The notes: generated by a model from the letters alone, not told the origin. Numbered from the stretch's first letter, positions 1 to 11,189 are shown. The stretch: DNA of 64,000 nt from Auanema rhodensis (GCA_964057225.1 OZ059894.1:11594001-11658000), one strand, 5' to 3'. Program-made: numbers and translations.

Positions 1-2236
1 GATCAGATGACTTCAAAAGTTGGTAGGCATGAGTGACTTCACAGACGTCTGACAGGTGTTGGAGTCGAGAGAGACCAAGTCCGCCGTAGTTAGTTGGCAG
101 GTAGATTGGTTCAGCACTGGCGTTTGGAGGATAGTGCATCCATCTACGGGCACAGCGTTTGAGTTCTTTGTCAAAGGCGACTAGTTTACTCTTTGGGACG
201 TGGCCATTCGTCATATGAAAATTAAGGCAGGGCATCAGGAAGGTGCGTACTGCGTCAGCTTTCTGCCATTCAGCCAGTAAGGATTTGTCAATTTTTTCCA
301 AGTGTTGACTCATGATATTCACTGTTGGAACCGCAGACTTATGTAAATGCATTCCAGTAGGGATTCCCAGGTGGGAGTAGCTGTCAAATTTGCTGAGAGC
401 GGGTAGAAAGCAGCTCTGAAGCATGTATGAGGCTGTTGATATTTTCCCTTTGTCGATCGTCAAAGTGGCGCATTTCGCTGGTTTGAAGGTCAAGCCTGTG
501 AAATTAGCCGCATTTGATGCTGCGTCCAACATTTTCTGTAGATCTTCTGATGATGAGGAGACCAGGGCAAGTTCATCGGCGTACGCTAGCACAGCGATGT
601 TGTGATTGTGTAGCTTATAGCCTGTAGAGGTTTCCAAGATGGTTTTAATTAGAGGTTCAATGGCAAGGTTGAACAGGATCGGAGATAGTGGGGATCCTTG
701 TAACACACCTGCGTGAACTGGAATGGTCGAAGTGAGTCCGGAGCCTGTCTGGATTCTTGTAGAGGCATCTGTGTATAGAGCTCGTACTCGGGATATTGAG
801 GCTTCAGCCATTCCTGACCATCTTAGAACGTCTAGCAGAGTTTCGTGTGGCAGCGATCCAAAAGCGTTTGCGAGATCAAGCCAAGCAATTGCAATTTTCT
901 CACGTTTACGTTTAGCGTCTGCAATGGTACTTTGCAACAAAAAGTTGTGTTCCATGCATCCAGCTTTGGCCACAAAGCCCTTTTGGGAGGGAGAAAGTCT
1001 TTTTTCTGCTCTTGCCCATGTTAGCAGTCGATGCGTAAGACAAGCTGAGTACGTCTTACCAATTGTGCACGAAAGTGCTATTGGTCGCCAGTTGTTAATG
1101 TCAGCTTTATCACCTTTCTTATGGATGAGGACGGTGGTCGACTCTTTCCAGGAAAAAGGGATGTGTCCTAGCTTGTGTACGGTGTTAAATATCGCTGCTA
1201 ATATGTGACCTCCTTGGTCAAATTTCTTCCAGTGCGAGTATCGAAGTCCATCAGCTCCTGGAGCCGTATCGCTGCAACGTCGTATGCGTTCCCAGACTTC
1301 CAAAGGGGTGAAAACACCTTCTAATGGGTCGGTACTAGTTGGCAAATCCGGTCTGGTGACTGTGATGGGGAGGGCTGGGCCTTGACTGCTGTGAACAGAA
1401 AGGAAGTGTTTTTCAACATCTGCAGATGGTATGGTGCAGGTTTCACTTTGTTCTCCGAGCAGTTGTCGAAAGGCTTTCTTCTTGTTGGCCCTCCAAAGCT
1501 TCTGGATCTTCATCGCCTGGGTTTTTTGGTCTTCCTCAGGTTGTGTGTGTGGTCGGCGCCTTTGTCGGAAGTTGGGAACTTTGATCATAATGTCAAGAGA
1601 CTTTCTGATTGTGTCTACCAACTCTTCCAGGACCTGCTCGAGCTCACTTTTGCACACTACCTTTTTAATTCTATCCACCCAAATATTTTCAGAGTTTCTA
1701 TTCGGATCAGGGTCGGCAAAAGATGGTTCTGTACTCGGAACCCTGATCTCGTTGAATATTTCACTCTCTCGCGGAAGGGGGGAAACTTCGGCCTCTGGGG
1801 ACAAGTCCAGAATTGGGGCCTCAAATAAGCGTACCGTTGATGGAGATCCTTGTTCCTGTCCACTGGATGATGTTTCCTCCATTGTACGCTCCTCCACGGG
1901 CGGGGTGGTCGTCCTTGTGCCTGGTGGGCGGGTGTTCCTGATCCTCCGCAATATAGGGCGGGAACTGGGCTCTCTCGGAGATAGAGGTGAGATCACCACA
2001 GTTTCCTCTATGATGCGGAGGCATCCTTCAGCTTTTTTCTGATGGCTTTTAACGGCCTTCAGATTGCTGGTGAGGCCACAGGCACGGCACTCAAATTCTA
2101 CTCCGACCTCATGTTCTCTCCGAAGATGGCGGACGAGACCATTGTGGTCTGAGTAGGATCGCGGAATAGGAGCGCAGATTGAACAAGAAAAAGGGCTCTG
2201 AAGAGGCACCTTTAGCTTGTAAAGCCCTTGCTCCAT
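1..2236 (-). CDS. Partial Zn-finger/RT ORF of copy 1; RT motif reads YADE instead of YADD
   Basis: ATG at 2236 equivalent to 30868; 572-583 reverse-complements to TAC GCC GAT GAA. Confidence 0.85.
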   Translation of the reverse strand, partial: MEQGLYKLKVPLQSPFSCSICAPIPRSYSDHNGLVRHLRREHEVGVEFECRACGLTSNLKAVKSHQKKAEGCLRIIEETVVISPLSPREPSSRPILRRIRNTRPPGTRTTTPPVEERTMEETSSSGQEQGSPSTVRLFEAPILDLSPEAEVSPLPRESEIFNEIRVPSTEPSFADPDPNRNSENIWVDRIKKVVCKSELEQVLEELVDTIRKSLDIMIKVPNFRQRRRPHTQPEEDQKTQAMKIQKLWRANKKKAFRQLLGEQSETCTIPSADVEKHFLSVHSSQGPALPITVTRPDLPTSTDPLEGVFTPLEVWERIRRCSDTAPGADGLRYSHWKKFDQGGHILAAIFNTVHKLGHIPFSWKESTTVLIHKKGDKADINNWRPIALSCTIGKTYSACLTHRLLTWARAEKRLSPSQKGFVAKAGCMEHNFLLQSTIADAKRKREKIAIAWLDLANAFGSLPHETLLDVLRWSGMAEASISRVRALYTDASTRIQTGSGLTSTIPVHAGVLQGSPLSPILFNLAIEPLIKTILETSTGYKLHNHNIAVLAYADELALVSSSSEDLQKMLDAASNAANFTGLTFKPAKCATLTIDKGKISTASYMLQSCFLPALSKFDSYSHLGIPTGMHLHKSAVPTVNIMSQHLEKIDKSLLAEWQKADAVRTFLMPCLNFHMTNGHVPKSKLVAFDKELKRCARRWMHYPPNASAEPIYLPTNYGGLGLSRLQHLSDVCEVTHAYQLLKSSD

Positions 2237-2288
2237 CTCTAGCAGATCTAAAGACTTACGTAGTACAGTTGCAATATCGATTTAGCCA
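1..2288 (-). mobile_element. Utopia-like U2-targeting non-LTR retrotransposon, copy 1 (3' part outside window)
   Basis: Nearly identical to the corresponding part of 27211-30920; same 5' junction to U2 nt 96 at 2289. Confidence 0.92.
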
Positions 2289-2384
2289 TTAACCTTATTG
2301 TGAACCAATGGAACACATATCGAAGGTTAATTCGATAAGAACGATTACTACACTTTGATCTTAGCCAAAAGGCCGAGAAGCGAT
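2289..2384 (-). pseudogene. U2: U2 snRNA 5' fragment (nt 1-96) fused to Utopia-like copy 1
   Basis: ATCGCTTCTCGGCCTTTTGGCTAAGATCAAAGTGTAGTA...AAGGTTAA followed by element sequence. Confidence 0.92.
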
Positions 2385-2421
2385 ACAGCATAGCCATGAG
2401 TATCAAAGACATCAAGCAAAT

Positions 2422-2449
2422 GTATCGTACTTGTTACGAGTGCACTCTC
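2422..2449 (-). promoter_or_regulatory. Putative U2 proximal sequence element region (about -38 to -65), repeated in each unit
   Basis: Positional inference only; GTGCACTCG at -53..-61. Confidence 0.3.
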
Positions 2450-2816
2450 TCATTTGAATATAAAAGTGTGGTTTGACAATCTTGACTGTACAGGTCATAA
2501 ATGGCTCATATAAACTGTGGATTTACTCAACTTTTGGACTTATTTTTTTCTTATTCGAAGCGCTGCACTTTTTTCTATTCTTTTTATTCAAATACTTGTA
2601 TATAGTTTTATATGTACGGTTGCAAAGTTTCCGAATATTTTATATATTTTTATACAATAATTAGGAGAAGGTTAATACAATGAAATCTCCCAACTTTACA
2701 GTGTTTGTATTGCTTACAGTATCTAGAACAACCACTCTTGTAATATTAGAGCACATATCAATCAACAACTTTTTCTAGTTATCAAAGCTTTTTTATTTCT
2801 TCAAGATATTTCAAAT

Positions 2817-2827
2817 AAAATATAAAA
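2817..2827 (-). terminator. Pol III oligo-T terminator after 5S (present after every copy)
   Basis: TTTTATATTTT directly at the 5S 3' end. Confidence 0.75.
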
Positions 2828-2945
2828 GCTTACGACACCCGGGATTCCCAAGCCGTCTCCGATCCAAGTACTAACCGGGCCCAACGTTGCTTGACTTGCC
2901 AGATCGGACGGGATGGCGTACTTTCAACGTGGTATGGTCGTAAGC
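2827..2945 (-). rRNA. 5S rRNA
   Basis: GCTTACGACCATACCACGTTGAAAG...AGTACTTGGATCGGAGACGGCTTGGGAATCCCGGGTGTCGTAAGCT, 119 nt, followed by a T-run. Confidence 0.97.
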
Positions 2946-2967
2946 AATGTTATATTCTTCATTATCA

Positions 2968-2975
2968 GTTATATC
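2968..2975 (-). promoter_or_regulatory. TATA-like element at about -24..-30 of 5S (all copies)
   Basis: GATATAAC conserved upstream of both 5S copies; position fits upstream TATA-like elements of nematode 5S genes. Confidence 0.45.
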
Positions 2976-3186
2976 ACTCTAAATCTTGTTGTTAATAGTT
3001 AGGACCACAAAGAAAACAACAGGAACAGTAACAAATGAAATGCCCAAACTTTACAGTGTTCGAGTTATTTACAGTATCTAAGACTACCTCTGTCGTGTTA
3101 TTAGAGCAAACATTCGATTAACAACAACTTTTTTTTAGTTATCAAAGCTTTTTTATTTCTTCAAAAAATTTCAAATAAAATATAAA

Positions 3187-3305
3187 AGCTTACGACACCC
3201 GGGATTCCCAAGCCGTCTCCGATCCAAGTACTAACCGGGCCCAACGTTGCTTGACTTGCCAGATCGGACGGGATGGCGTACTTTCAACGTGGTATGGTCG
3301 TAAGC
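3187..3305 (-). rRNA. 5S rRNA
   Basis: Identical to 2827-2945, 360 bp downstream on +. Confidence 0.97.
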
Positions 3306-3449
3306 AATGTCATATTCTTCATTATCAGTTATATCACTCTAAATCTTGTTGTTAATAGATACGACCACAAAGAAAACAACAGGAACAGTAACAATAACAA
3401 AAAAAATTTTTTTTTCACCTATGTGTCTAAAGGTTAGCCATGTATCCGT

Positions 3450-3477
3450 TTATATATATATATATATATATATATAT
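3450..3477. repeat. (TA)n microsatellite, variable length in every unit
   Basis: Seen directly; longest copy at ~20673-20749. Confidence 0.95.
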
Positions 3478-4293
3478 CAACAGTAAAAAGTCCAATCAAG
3501 AGAGAAATTTTTTCAACACATAGTTGTTTTTTTTTTAAATATCATTGTTTTTCCTCATAACTCGGTTTAAACTCGTTCTAACCCGTTGAAATACGTCTAG
3601 AAAGTCTTTATAACATGCATATGTATGATAGAACTTCATATTTATTGTAATAGAAAATTTTATTTTCAGACGTCTTGGTTAACAATGATATGTTTTACCC
3701 CCTTATAATTTTTATCATAATGTTCCTTATACGGAACGCTCAATGAAACTTGCTTCCAGAAAAATTTCTTTCTATTTTTTCTTCATATGTACGTAGATAC
3801 TATAGAGAACTATGATAGAAAACTTTAACATTCACGAAATCATCATTTCTCATTACGCTACGGAGGTTTAAAAAGCTGTGTTTTACCTTATAATAGACCG
3901 GAAAACCCTTGTGTTAAAACTGGACCGTTTTTACACATATAAAAATGTCCCGTATTCGGGACCCTAATGTAACTTTTGATTCCCTATATTTTTTTTCATG
4001 AAATTTACAATCTACTGTAGAAAGAAGAATTATTTTTATAAAAACTGTAAATTTTTGAAAAATGAAAACAAAACGAAAACAAAAACAACTTTTTTTTGAA
4101 CATTTTCTCACACAAGGGTCCCCCCTTACCTACTTTTTTTCTCATTACTCGTTTCAACCTCATCCGATCACTCTGCAAACATGTTTAATCGTTCTAACTT
4201 GTTGAAATACGTCTTAAAAGTCTAAACAACATGCATATGCATAATAGAAACCACCCGAATAGGCCCCCACGCACTAAACGAGATATATACATT

Positions 4294-4420
4294 ACCAGTA
4301 TAGTAATAGAACACATATTGAAGATTAATTCGATAAGAACAATTTATTGACGTAGAGAATGTTTGTTCCGAAAAACTACAATATTAAACTATAAAAGTAA
4401 CAAAAGCGTAGAGGCAGCAA
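4294..4420 (-). pseudogene. Decayed junction: short-element 3' end / U2 nt 39-79 / short-element 5' start; present in every unit
   Basis: 4304-4344 matches U2 nt 39-79 at 36/41; flanks match the ends of 58058-58844. Confidence 0.8.
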
Positions 4421-4658
4421 AGACATGAATAAACATAAATGTAAATACAGAATTACCAGGTAGTACATAAGTATGACAAAAAATTATAAGAAAGCCATGA
4501 AAATAGAAGGTTTGTGAACAAATGAGAGGTACATCTTTGATCGTATAGTCATTTCTAAACCGTTCGTATGCTGCAGCATCGTCATAAGCGTCACTCAAGT
4601 TGAATTTCCATGTGTACTACACGATTTTCATTCTTATTGTTACATTCTTTCCCTGAGG

Positions 4659-4845
4659 GAATGGGCCGTTCCCGCCAGCAGTGCAAGAGCGGGTCGACCC
4701 GTGAGGTGGAGCTAGCAAGCCAGCATCTACCTCAAGTCTCAAAAATCGGTTAACCTTATTGTGAACCAATGGAACACATATCGAAGGTTAATTCGATAAG
4801 AACGATTACTACACTTTGATCTTAGCCAAAAGGCCGAGAAGCGAT
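4659..4845 (-). ncRNA. U2: U2 snRNA (3' end approximate)
   Basis: Conserved 5' end, GTAGTA branch-site pairing motif, stem IIa/IIc (TTAACCTT/AAGGTTAA), Sm site GATTTTTG, loop IV TTGCAC. Confidence 0.96.
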
Positions 4846-5287
4846 ACAGCATAGCCATGAGTATCAAAGACATCAAGCAAATGTATCGTACTTGTTACGA
4901 GTGCACTCTCTCATTTGAATATAAAAGTGTGGTTTGACAATCTTGACTGTACAGGTCATAAATGGCTCATATAAACTGTGGATTTACTCAACTTTTGGAC
5001 TTATTTTTTTCTTATTCGAAGCGCTGCACTTTTTTCTATTCTTTTTATTCAAATACTTGTATATAGTTTTATATGTACGGTTGCAAAGTTTCCGAATATT
5101 TTATATATTTTTATACAATAATTAGGAGAAGGTTAATACAATGAAATCTCCCAACTTTACAGTGTTTGTATTGCTTACAGTATCTAGAACAACCACTCTT
5201 GTAATATTAGAGCACATATCAATCAACAACTTTTTCTAGTTATCAAAGCTTTTTTATTTCTTCAAGATATTTCAAATAAAACATAAA

Positions 5288-5406
5288 AGCTTACGACACC
5301 CGGGATTCCCAAGCCGTCTCCGATCCAAGTACTAACCGGGCCCAACGTTGCTTGACTTGCCAGATCGGACGGGATGGCGTACTTTCAACGTGGTATGGTC
5401 GTAAGC
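5288..5406 (-). rRNA. 5S rRNA
   Basis: Array copy. Confidence 0.96.
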
Positions 5407-5647
5407 AATGTTATATTCTTCATTATCAGTTATATCACTCTAAATCTTGTTGTTAATAGTTAGGACCACAAAGAAAACAACAGGAACAGTAACAAATGAA
5501 ATGCCCAAACTTTACAGTGTTCGAGTTATTTACAGTATCTAAGACTACCTCTGTCGTGTTATTAGAGCAAACATTCGATTAACAACAACTTTTTTTTAGT
5601 TATCAAAGCTTTTTTATTTCTTCAAAAAATTTCAAATAAAATATAAA

Positions 5648-5766
5648 AGCTTACGACACCCGGGATTCCCAAGCCGTCTCCGATCCAAGTACTAACCGGG
5701 CCCAACGTTGCTTGACTTGCCAGATCGGACGGGATGGCGTACTTTCAACGTGGTATGGTCGTAAGC
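5648..5766 (-). rRNA. 5S rRNA
   Basis: Array copy. Confidence 0.96.
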
Positions 5767-5908
5767 AATGTCATATTCTTCATTATCAGTTATATCACTC
5801 TAAATCTTGTTGTTAATAGATACGACCACAAAGAAAACAACAGGAACAGTAACAATAACAAAAAAAATTTTTTTTTCACCTATGTGTCTAAAGGTTAGCC
5901 ATGTATCC

Positions 5909-5956
<48 letters not shown>

Positions 5957-7135
5957 ACAGTAAAAAGTCCAATCAAGAGAGAAATTTTTTCAACACATAG
6001 TTGTTTTTTTTTTAAATATCATTGTTTTTCCTCATAACTCGGTTTAAACTCGTTCTAACCCGTTGAAATACGTCTAGAAAGTCTTTATAACATGCATATG
6101 TATGATAGAACTTCATATTTATTGTAATAGAAAATTTTATTTTCAGACGTCTTGGTTAACAATGATATGTTTTACCCCCTTATAATTTTTATCATAATGT
6201 TCCTTATACGGAACGCTCAATGAAACTTGCTTCCAGAAAAATTTCTTTCTATTTTTTCTTCATATGTACGTAGATACTATAGAGAACTATGATAGAAAAC
6301 TTTAACATTCACGAAATCATCATTTCTCATTACGCTACGGAGGTTTAAAAAGCTGTGTTTTACCTTATAATAGACCGGAAAACCCTTGTGTTAAAACTGG
6401 ACCGTTTTTACACATATAAAAATGTCCCGTATTCGGGACCCTAATGTAACTTTTGATTCCCTATATTTTTTTTCATGAAATTTACAATCTACTGTAGAAA
6501 GAAGAATTATTTTTATAAAAACTGTAAATTTTTGAAAAATGAAAACAAAACGAAAACAAAAACAACTTTTTTTTGAACATTTTCTCACACAAGGGTCCCC
6601 CCTTACCTACTTTTTTTCTCATTACTCGTTTCAACCTCATCCGATCACTCTGCAAACATGTTTAATCGTTCTAACTTGTTGAAATACGTCTTAAAAGTCT
6701 AAACAACATGCATATGCATAATAGAAACCACCCGAATAGGCCCCCACGCACTAAACGAGATATATACATTACCAGTATAGTAATAGAACACATATTGAAG
6801 ATTAATTCGATAAGAACAATTTATTGACGTAGAGAATGTTTGTTCCGAAAAACTACAATATTAAACTATAAAAGTAACAAAAGCGTAGAGGCAGCAAAGA
6901 CATGAATAAACATAAATGTAAATACAGAATTACCAGGTAGTACATAAGTATGACAAAAAATTATAAGAAAGCCATGAAAATAGAAGGTTTGTGAACAAAT
7001 GAGAGGTACATCTTTGATCGTATAGTCATTTCTAAACCGTTCGTATGCTGCAGCATCGTCATAAGCGTCACTCAAGTTGAATTTCCATGTGTACTACACG
7101 ATTTTCATTCTTATTGTTACATTCTTTCCCTGAGG

Positions 7136-7322
7136 GAATGGGCCGTTCCCGCCAGCAGTGCAAGAGCGGGTCGACCCGTGAGGTGGAGCTAGCAAGCCAG
7201 CATCTACCTCAAGTCTCAAAAATCGGTTAACCTTATTGTGAACCAATGGAACACATATCGAAGGTTAATTCGATAAGAACGATTACTACACTTTGATCTT
7301 AGCCAAAAGGCCGAGAAGCGAT
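7136..7322 (-). ncRNA. U2: U2 snRNA
   Basis: Array copy. Confidence 0.95.
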
Positions 7323-7764
7323 ACAGCATAGCCATGAGTATCAAAGACATCAAGCAAATGTATCGTACTTGTTACGAGTGCACTCTCTCATTTGAATATA
7401 AAAGTGTGGTTTGACAATCTTGACTGTACAGGTCATAAATGGCTCATATAAACTGTGGATTTACTCAACTTTTGGACTTATTTTTTTCTTATTCGAAGCG
7501 CTGCACTTTTTTCTATTCTTTTTATTCAAATACTTGTATATAGTTTTATATGTACGGTTGCAAAGTTTCCGAATATTTTATATATTTTTATACAATAATT
7601 AGGAGAAGGTTAATACAATGAAATCTCCCAACTTTACAGTGTTTGTATTGCTTACAGTATCTAGAACAACCACTCTTGTAATATTAGAGCACATATCAAT
7701 CAACAACTTTTTCTAGTTATCAAAGCTTTTTTATTTCTTCAAGATATTTCAAATAAAATATAAA

Positions 7765-7883
7765 AGCTTACGACACCCGGGATTCCCAAGCCGTCTCCGA
7801 TCCAAGTACTAACCGGGCCCAACGTTGCTTGACTTGCCAGATCGGACGGGATGGCGTACTTTCAACGTGGTATGGTCGTAAGC
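7765..7883 (-). rRNA. 5S rRNA
   Basis: Array copy. Confidence 0.96.
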
Positions 7884-8124
7884 AATGTTATATTCTTCAT
7901 TATCAGTTATATCACTCTAAATCTTGTTGTTAATAGTTAGGACCACAAAGAAAACAACAGGAACAGTAACAAATGAAATGCCCAAACTTTACAGTGTTCG
8001 AGTTATTTACAGTATCTAAGACTACCTCTGTCGTGTTATTAGAGCAAACATTCGATTAACAACAACTTTTTTTTAGTTATCAAAGCTTTTTTATTTCTTC
8101 AAAAAATTTCAAATAAAATATAAA

Positions 8125-8243
8125 AGCTTACGACACCCGGGATTCCCAAGCCGTCTCCGATCCAAGTACTAACCGGGCCCAACGTTGCTTGACTTGCCAG
8201 ATCGGACGGGATGGCGTACTTTCAACGTGGTATGGTCGTAAGC
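8125..8243 (-). rRNA. 5S rRNA
   Basis: Array copy. Confidence 0.96.
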
Positions 8244-8385
8244 AATGTCATATTCTTCATTATCAGTTATATCACTCTAAATCTTGTTGTTAATAGATAC
8301 GACCACAAAGAAAACAACAGGAACAGTAACAATAACAAAAAAAATTTTTTTTTCACCTATGTGTCTAAAGGTTAGCCATGTATCC

Positions 8386-8433
<48 letters not shown>

Positions 8434-9612
8434 ACAGTAAAAAGTCCAATCAAGAGAGAAATTTTTTCAACACATAGTTGTTTTTTTTTTAAATATCATT
8501 GTTTTTCCTCATAACTCGGTTTAAACTCGTTCTAACCCGTTGAAATACGTCTAGAAAGTCTTTATAACATGCATATGTATGATAGAACTTCATATTTATT
8601 GTAATAGAAAATTTTATTTTCAGACGTCTTGGTTAACAATGATATGTTTTACCCCCTTATAATTTTTATCATAATGTTCCTTATACGGAACGCTCAATGA
8701 AACTTGCTTCCAGAAAAATTTCTTTCTATTTTTTCTTCATATGTACGTAGATACTATAGAGAACTATGATAGAAAACTTTAACATTCACGAAATCATCAT
8801 TTCTCATTACGCTACGGAGGTTTAAAAAGCTGTGTTTTACCTTATAATAGACCGGAAAACCCTTGTGTTAAAACTGGACCGTTTTTACACATATAAAAAT
8901 GTCCCGTATTCGGGACCCTAATGTAACTTTTGATTCCCTATATTTTTTTTCATGAAATTTACAATCTACTGTAGAAAGAAGAATTATTTTTATAAAAACT
9001 GTAAATTTTTGAAAAATGAAAACAAAACGAAAACAAAAACAACTTTTTTTTGAACATTTTCTCACACAAGGGTCCCCCCTTACCTACTTTTTTTCTCATT
9101 ACTCGTTTCAACCTCATCCGATCACTCTGCAAACATGTTTAATCGTTCTAACTTGTTGAAATACGTCTTAAAAGTCTAAACAACATGCATATGCATAATA
9201 GAAACCACCCGAATAGGCCCCCACGCACTAAACGAGATATATACATTACCAGTATAGTAATAGAACACATATTGAAGATTAATTCGATAAGAACAATTTA
9301 TTGACGTAGAGAATGTTTGTTCCGAAAAACTACAATATTAAACTATAAAAGTAACAAAAGCGTAGAGGCAGCAAAGACATGAATAAACATAAATGTAAAT
9401 ACAGAATTACCAGGTAGTACATAAGTATGACAAAAAATTATAAGAAAGCCATGAAAATAGAAGGTTTGTGAACAAATGAGAGGTACATCTTTGATCGTAT
9501 AGTCATTTCTAAACCGTTCGTATGCTGCAGCATCGTCATAAGCGTCACTCAAGTTGAATTTCCATGTGTACTACACGATTTTCATTCTTATTGTTACATT
9601 CTTTCCCTGAGG

Positions 9613-9799
9613 GAATGGGCCGTTCCCGCCAGCAGTGCAAGAGCGGGTCGACCCGTGAGGTGGAGCTAGCAAGCCAGCATCTACCTCAAGTCTCAAAAAT
9701 CGGTTAACCTTATTGTGAACCAATGGAACACATATCGAAGGTTAATTCGATAAGAACGATTACTACACTTTGATCTTAGCCAAAAGGCCGAGAAGCGAT
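9613..9799 (-). ncRNA. U2: U2 snRNA
   Basis: Array copy. Confidence 0.95.
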
Positions 9800-10241
9800 A
9801 CAGCATAGCCATGAGTATCAAAGACATCAAGCAAATGTATCGTACTTGTTACGAGTGCACTCTCTCATTTGAATATAAAAGTGTGGTTTGACAATCTTGA
9901 CTGTACAGGTCATAAATGGCTCATATAAACTGTGGATTTACTCAACTTTTGGACTTATTTTTTTCTTATTCGAAGCGCTGCACTTTTTTCTATTCTTTTT
10001 ATTCAAATACTTGTATATAGTTTTATATGTACGGTTGCAAAGTTTCCGAATATTTTATATATTTTTATACAATAATTAGGAGAAGGTTAATACAATGAAA
10101 TCTCCCAACTTTACAGTGTTTGTATTGCTTACAGTATCTAGAACAACCACTCTTGTAATATTAGAGCACATATCAATCAACAACTTTTTCTAGTTATCAA
10201 AGCTTTTTTATTTCTTCAAGATATTTCAAATAAAATATAAA

Positions 10242-10360
10242 AGCTTACGACACCCGGGATTCCCAAGCCGTCTCCGATCCAAGTACTAACCGGGCCCAAC
10301 GTTGCTTGACTTGCCAGATCGGACGGGATGGCGTACTTTCAACGTGGTATGGTCGTAAGC
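10242..10360 (-). rRNA. 5S rRNA
   Basis: Array copy. Confidence 0.96.
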
Positions 10361-10601
10361 AATGTTATATTCTTCATTATCAGTTATATCACTCTAAATC
10401 TTGTTGTTAATAGTTAGGACCACAAAGAAAACAACAGGAACAGTAACAAATGAAATGCCCAAACTTTACAGTGTTCGAGTTATTTACAGTATCTAAGACT
10501 ACCTCTGTCGTGTTATTAGAGCAAACATTCGATTAACAACAACTTTTTTTTAGTTATCAAAGCTTTTTTATTTCTTCAAAAAATTTCAAATAAAATATAA
10601 A

Positions 10602-10720
10602 AGCTTACGACACCCGGGATTCCCAAGCCGTCTCCGATCCAAGTACTAACCGGGCCCAACGTTGCTTGACTTGCCAGATCGGACGGGATGGCGTACTTTC
10701 AACGTGGTATGGTCGTAAGC
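10602..10720 (-). rRNA. 5S rRNA (LTR element inserted 60 bp upstream)
   Basis: Array copy. Confidence 0.96.
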
Positions 10721-10780
10721 AATGTCATATTCTTCATTATCAGTTATATCACTCTAAATCTTGTTGTTAATAGATACGAC

Positions 10781-10866
10781 TGTCGCGATAAGCGAGTAGG
10801 TTTTGTTTTTGTTATCTCTATCTCTCTCTCTATATATATATACCTCTCTCTATCTCTATCTCTCTA

Positions 10867-10911
<45 letters not shown>

Positions 10912-11174
10912 ATCTATCTCTATCTCTCTTTATCTCCTTCCTTTGTAATTAGATCAAAACACATATGCATAACATATGTGTTAACATGTGGCATAAGTAA
11001 CAGTTTATTTCAGACGACCGCCCAACAACGGAGGACAGTCTTACATTTTTTAACGTTCGCAGTCAGTGATTCTATTCCGTGCTTGTCTTGTTAATTCATC
11101 AATAAACCCTTTTCTACATATTCGCTTTGTGTTTTATTTCCAACCATACTATACACTTGCGGTATAACGCCACA
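10781..11174 (+). repeat. 5' LTR (394 bp, contains (CT)n)
   Basis: TGTCGCGA...CGCCACA, direct repeat of 20183-20582. Confidence 0.96.
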
Positions 11175-11177
11175 AAT

Positions 11178-11189
11178 TGGTGCATCGGC
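11178..11189 (+). promoter_or_regulatory. Primer binding site, probably tRNA-Gly
   Basis: TGGTGCATCGGC 3 nt after the LTR; complementary to a tRNA-Gly-type 3' end (...CGAUGCACCA). Confidence 0.75.

Noticed and set aside
423-2042. Plus-strand ORFs over the retrotransposon copies, and ORFs nested in the BEL and MULE genes
   Set aside because: Antisense or alternate-frame shadows of real ORFs with no recognisable domains
3561-3590. SL1/SL2 spliced leader (GGTTTAA start)
   Set aside because: Only the first 7 nt match; no leader body, donor site or Sm site follows
4186-4195. TAATCGTTCT match to the U2 target on the opposite strand
   Set aside because: 10 nt within an AT-rich degenerate repeat; plausible by chance
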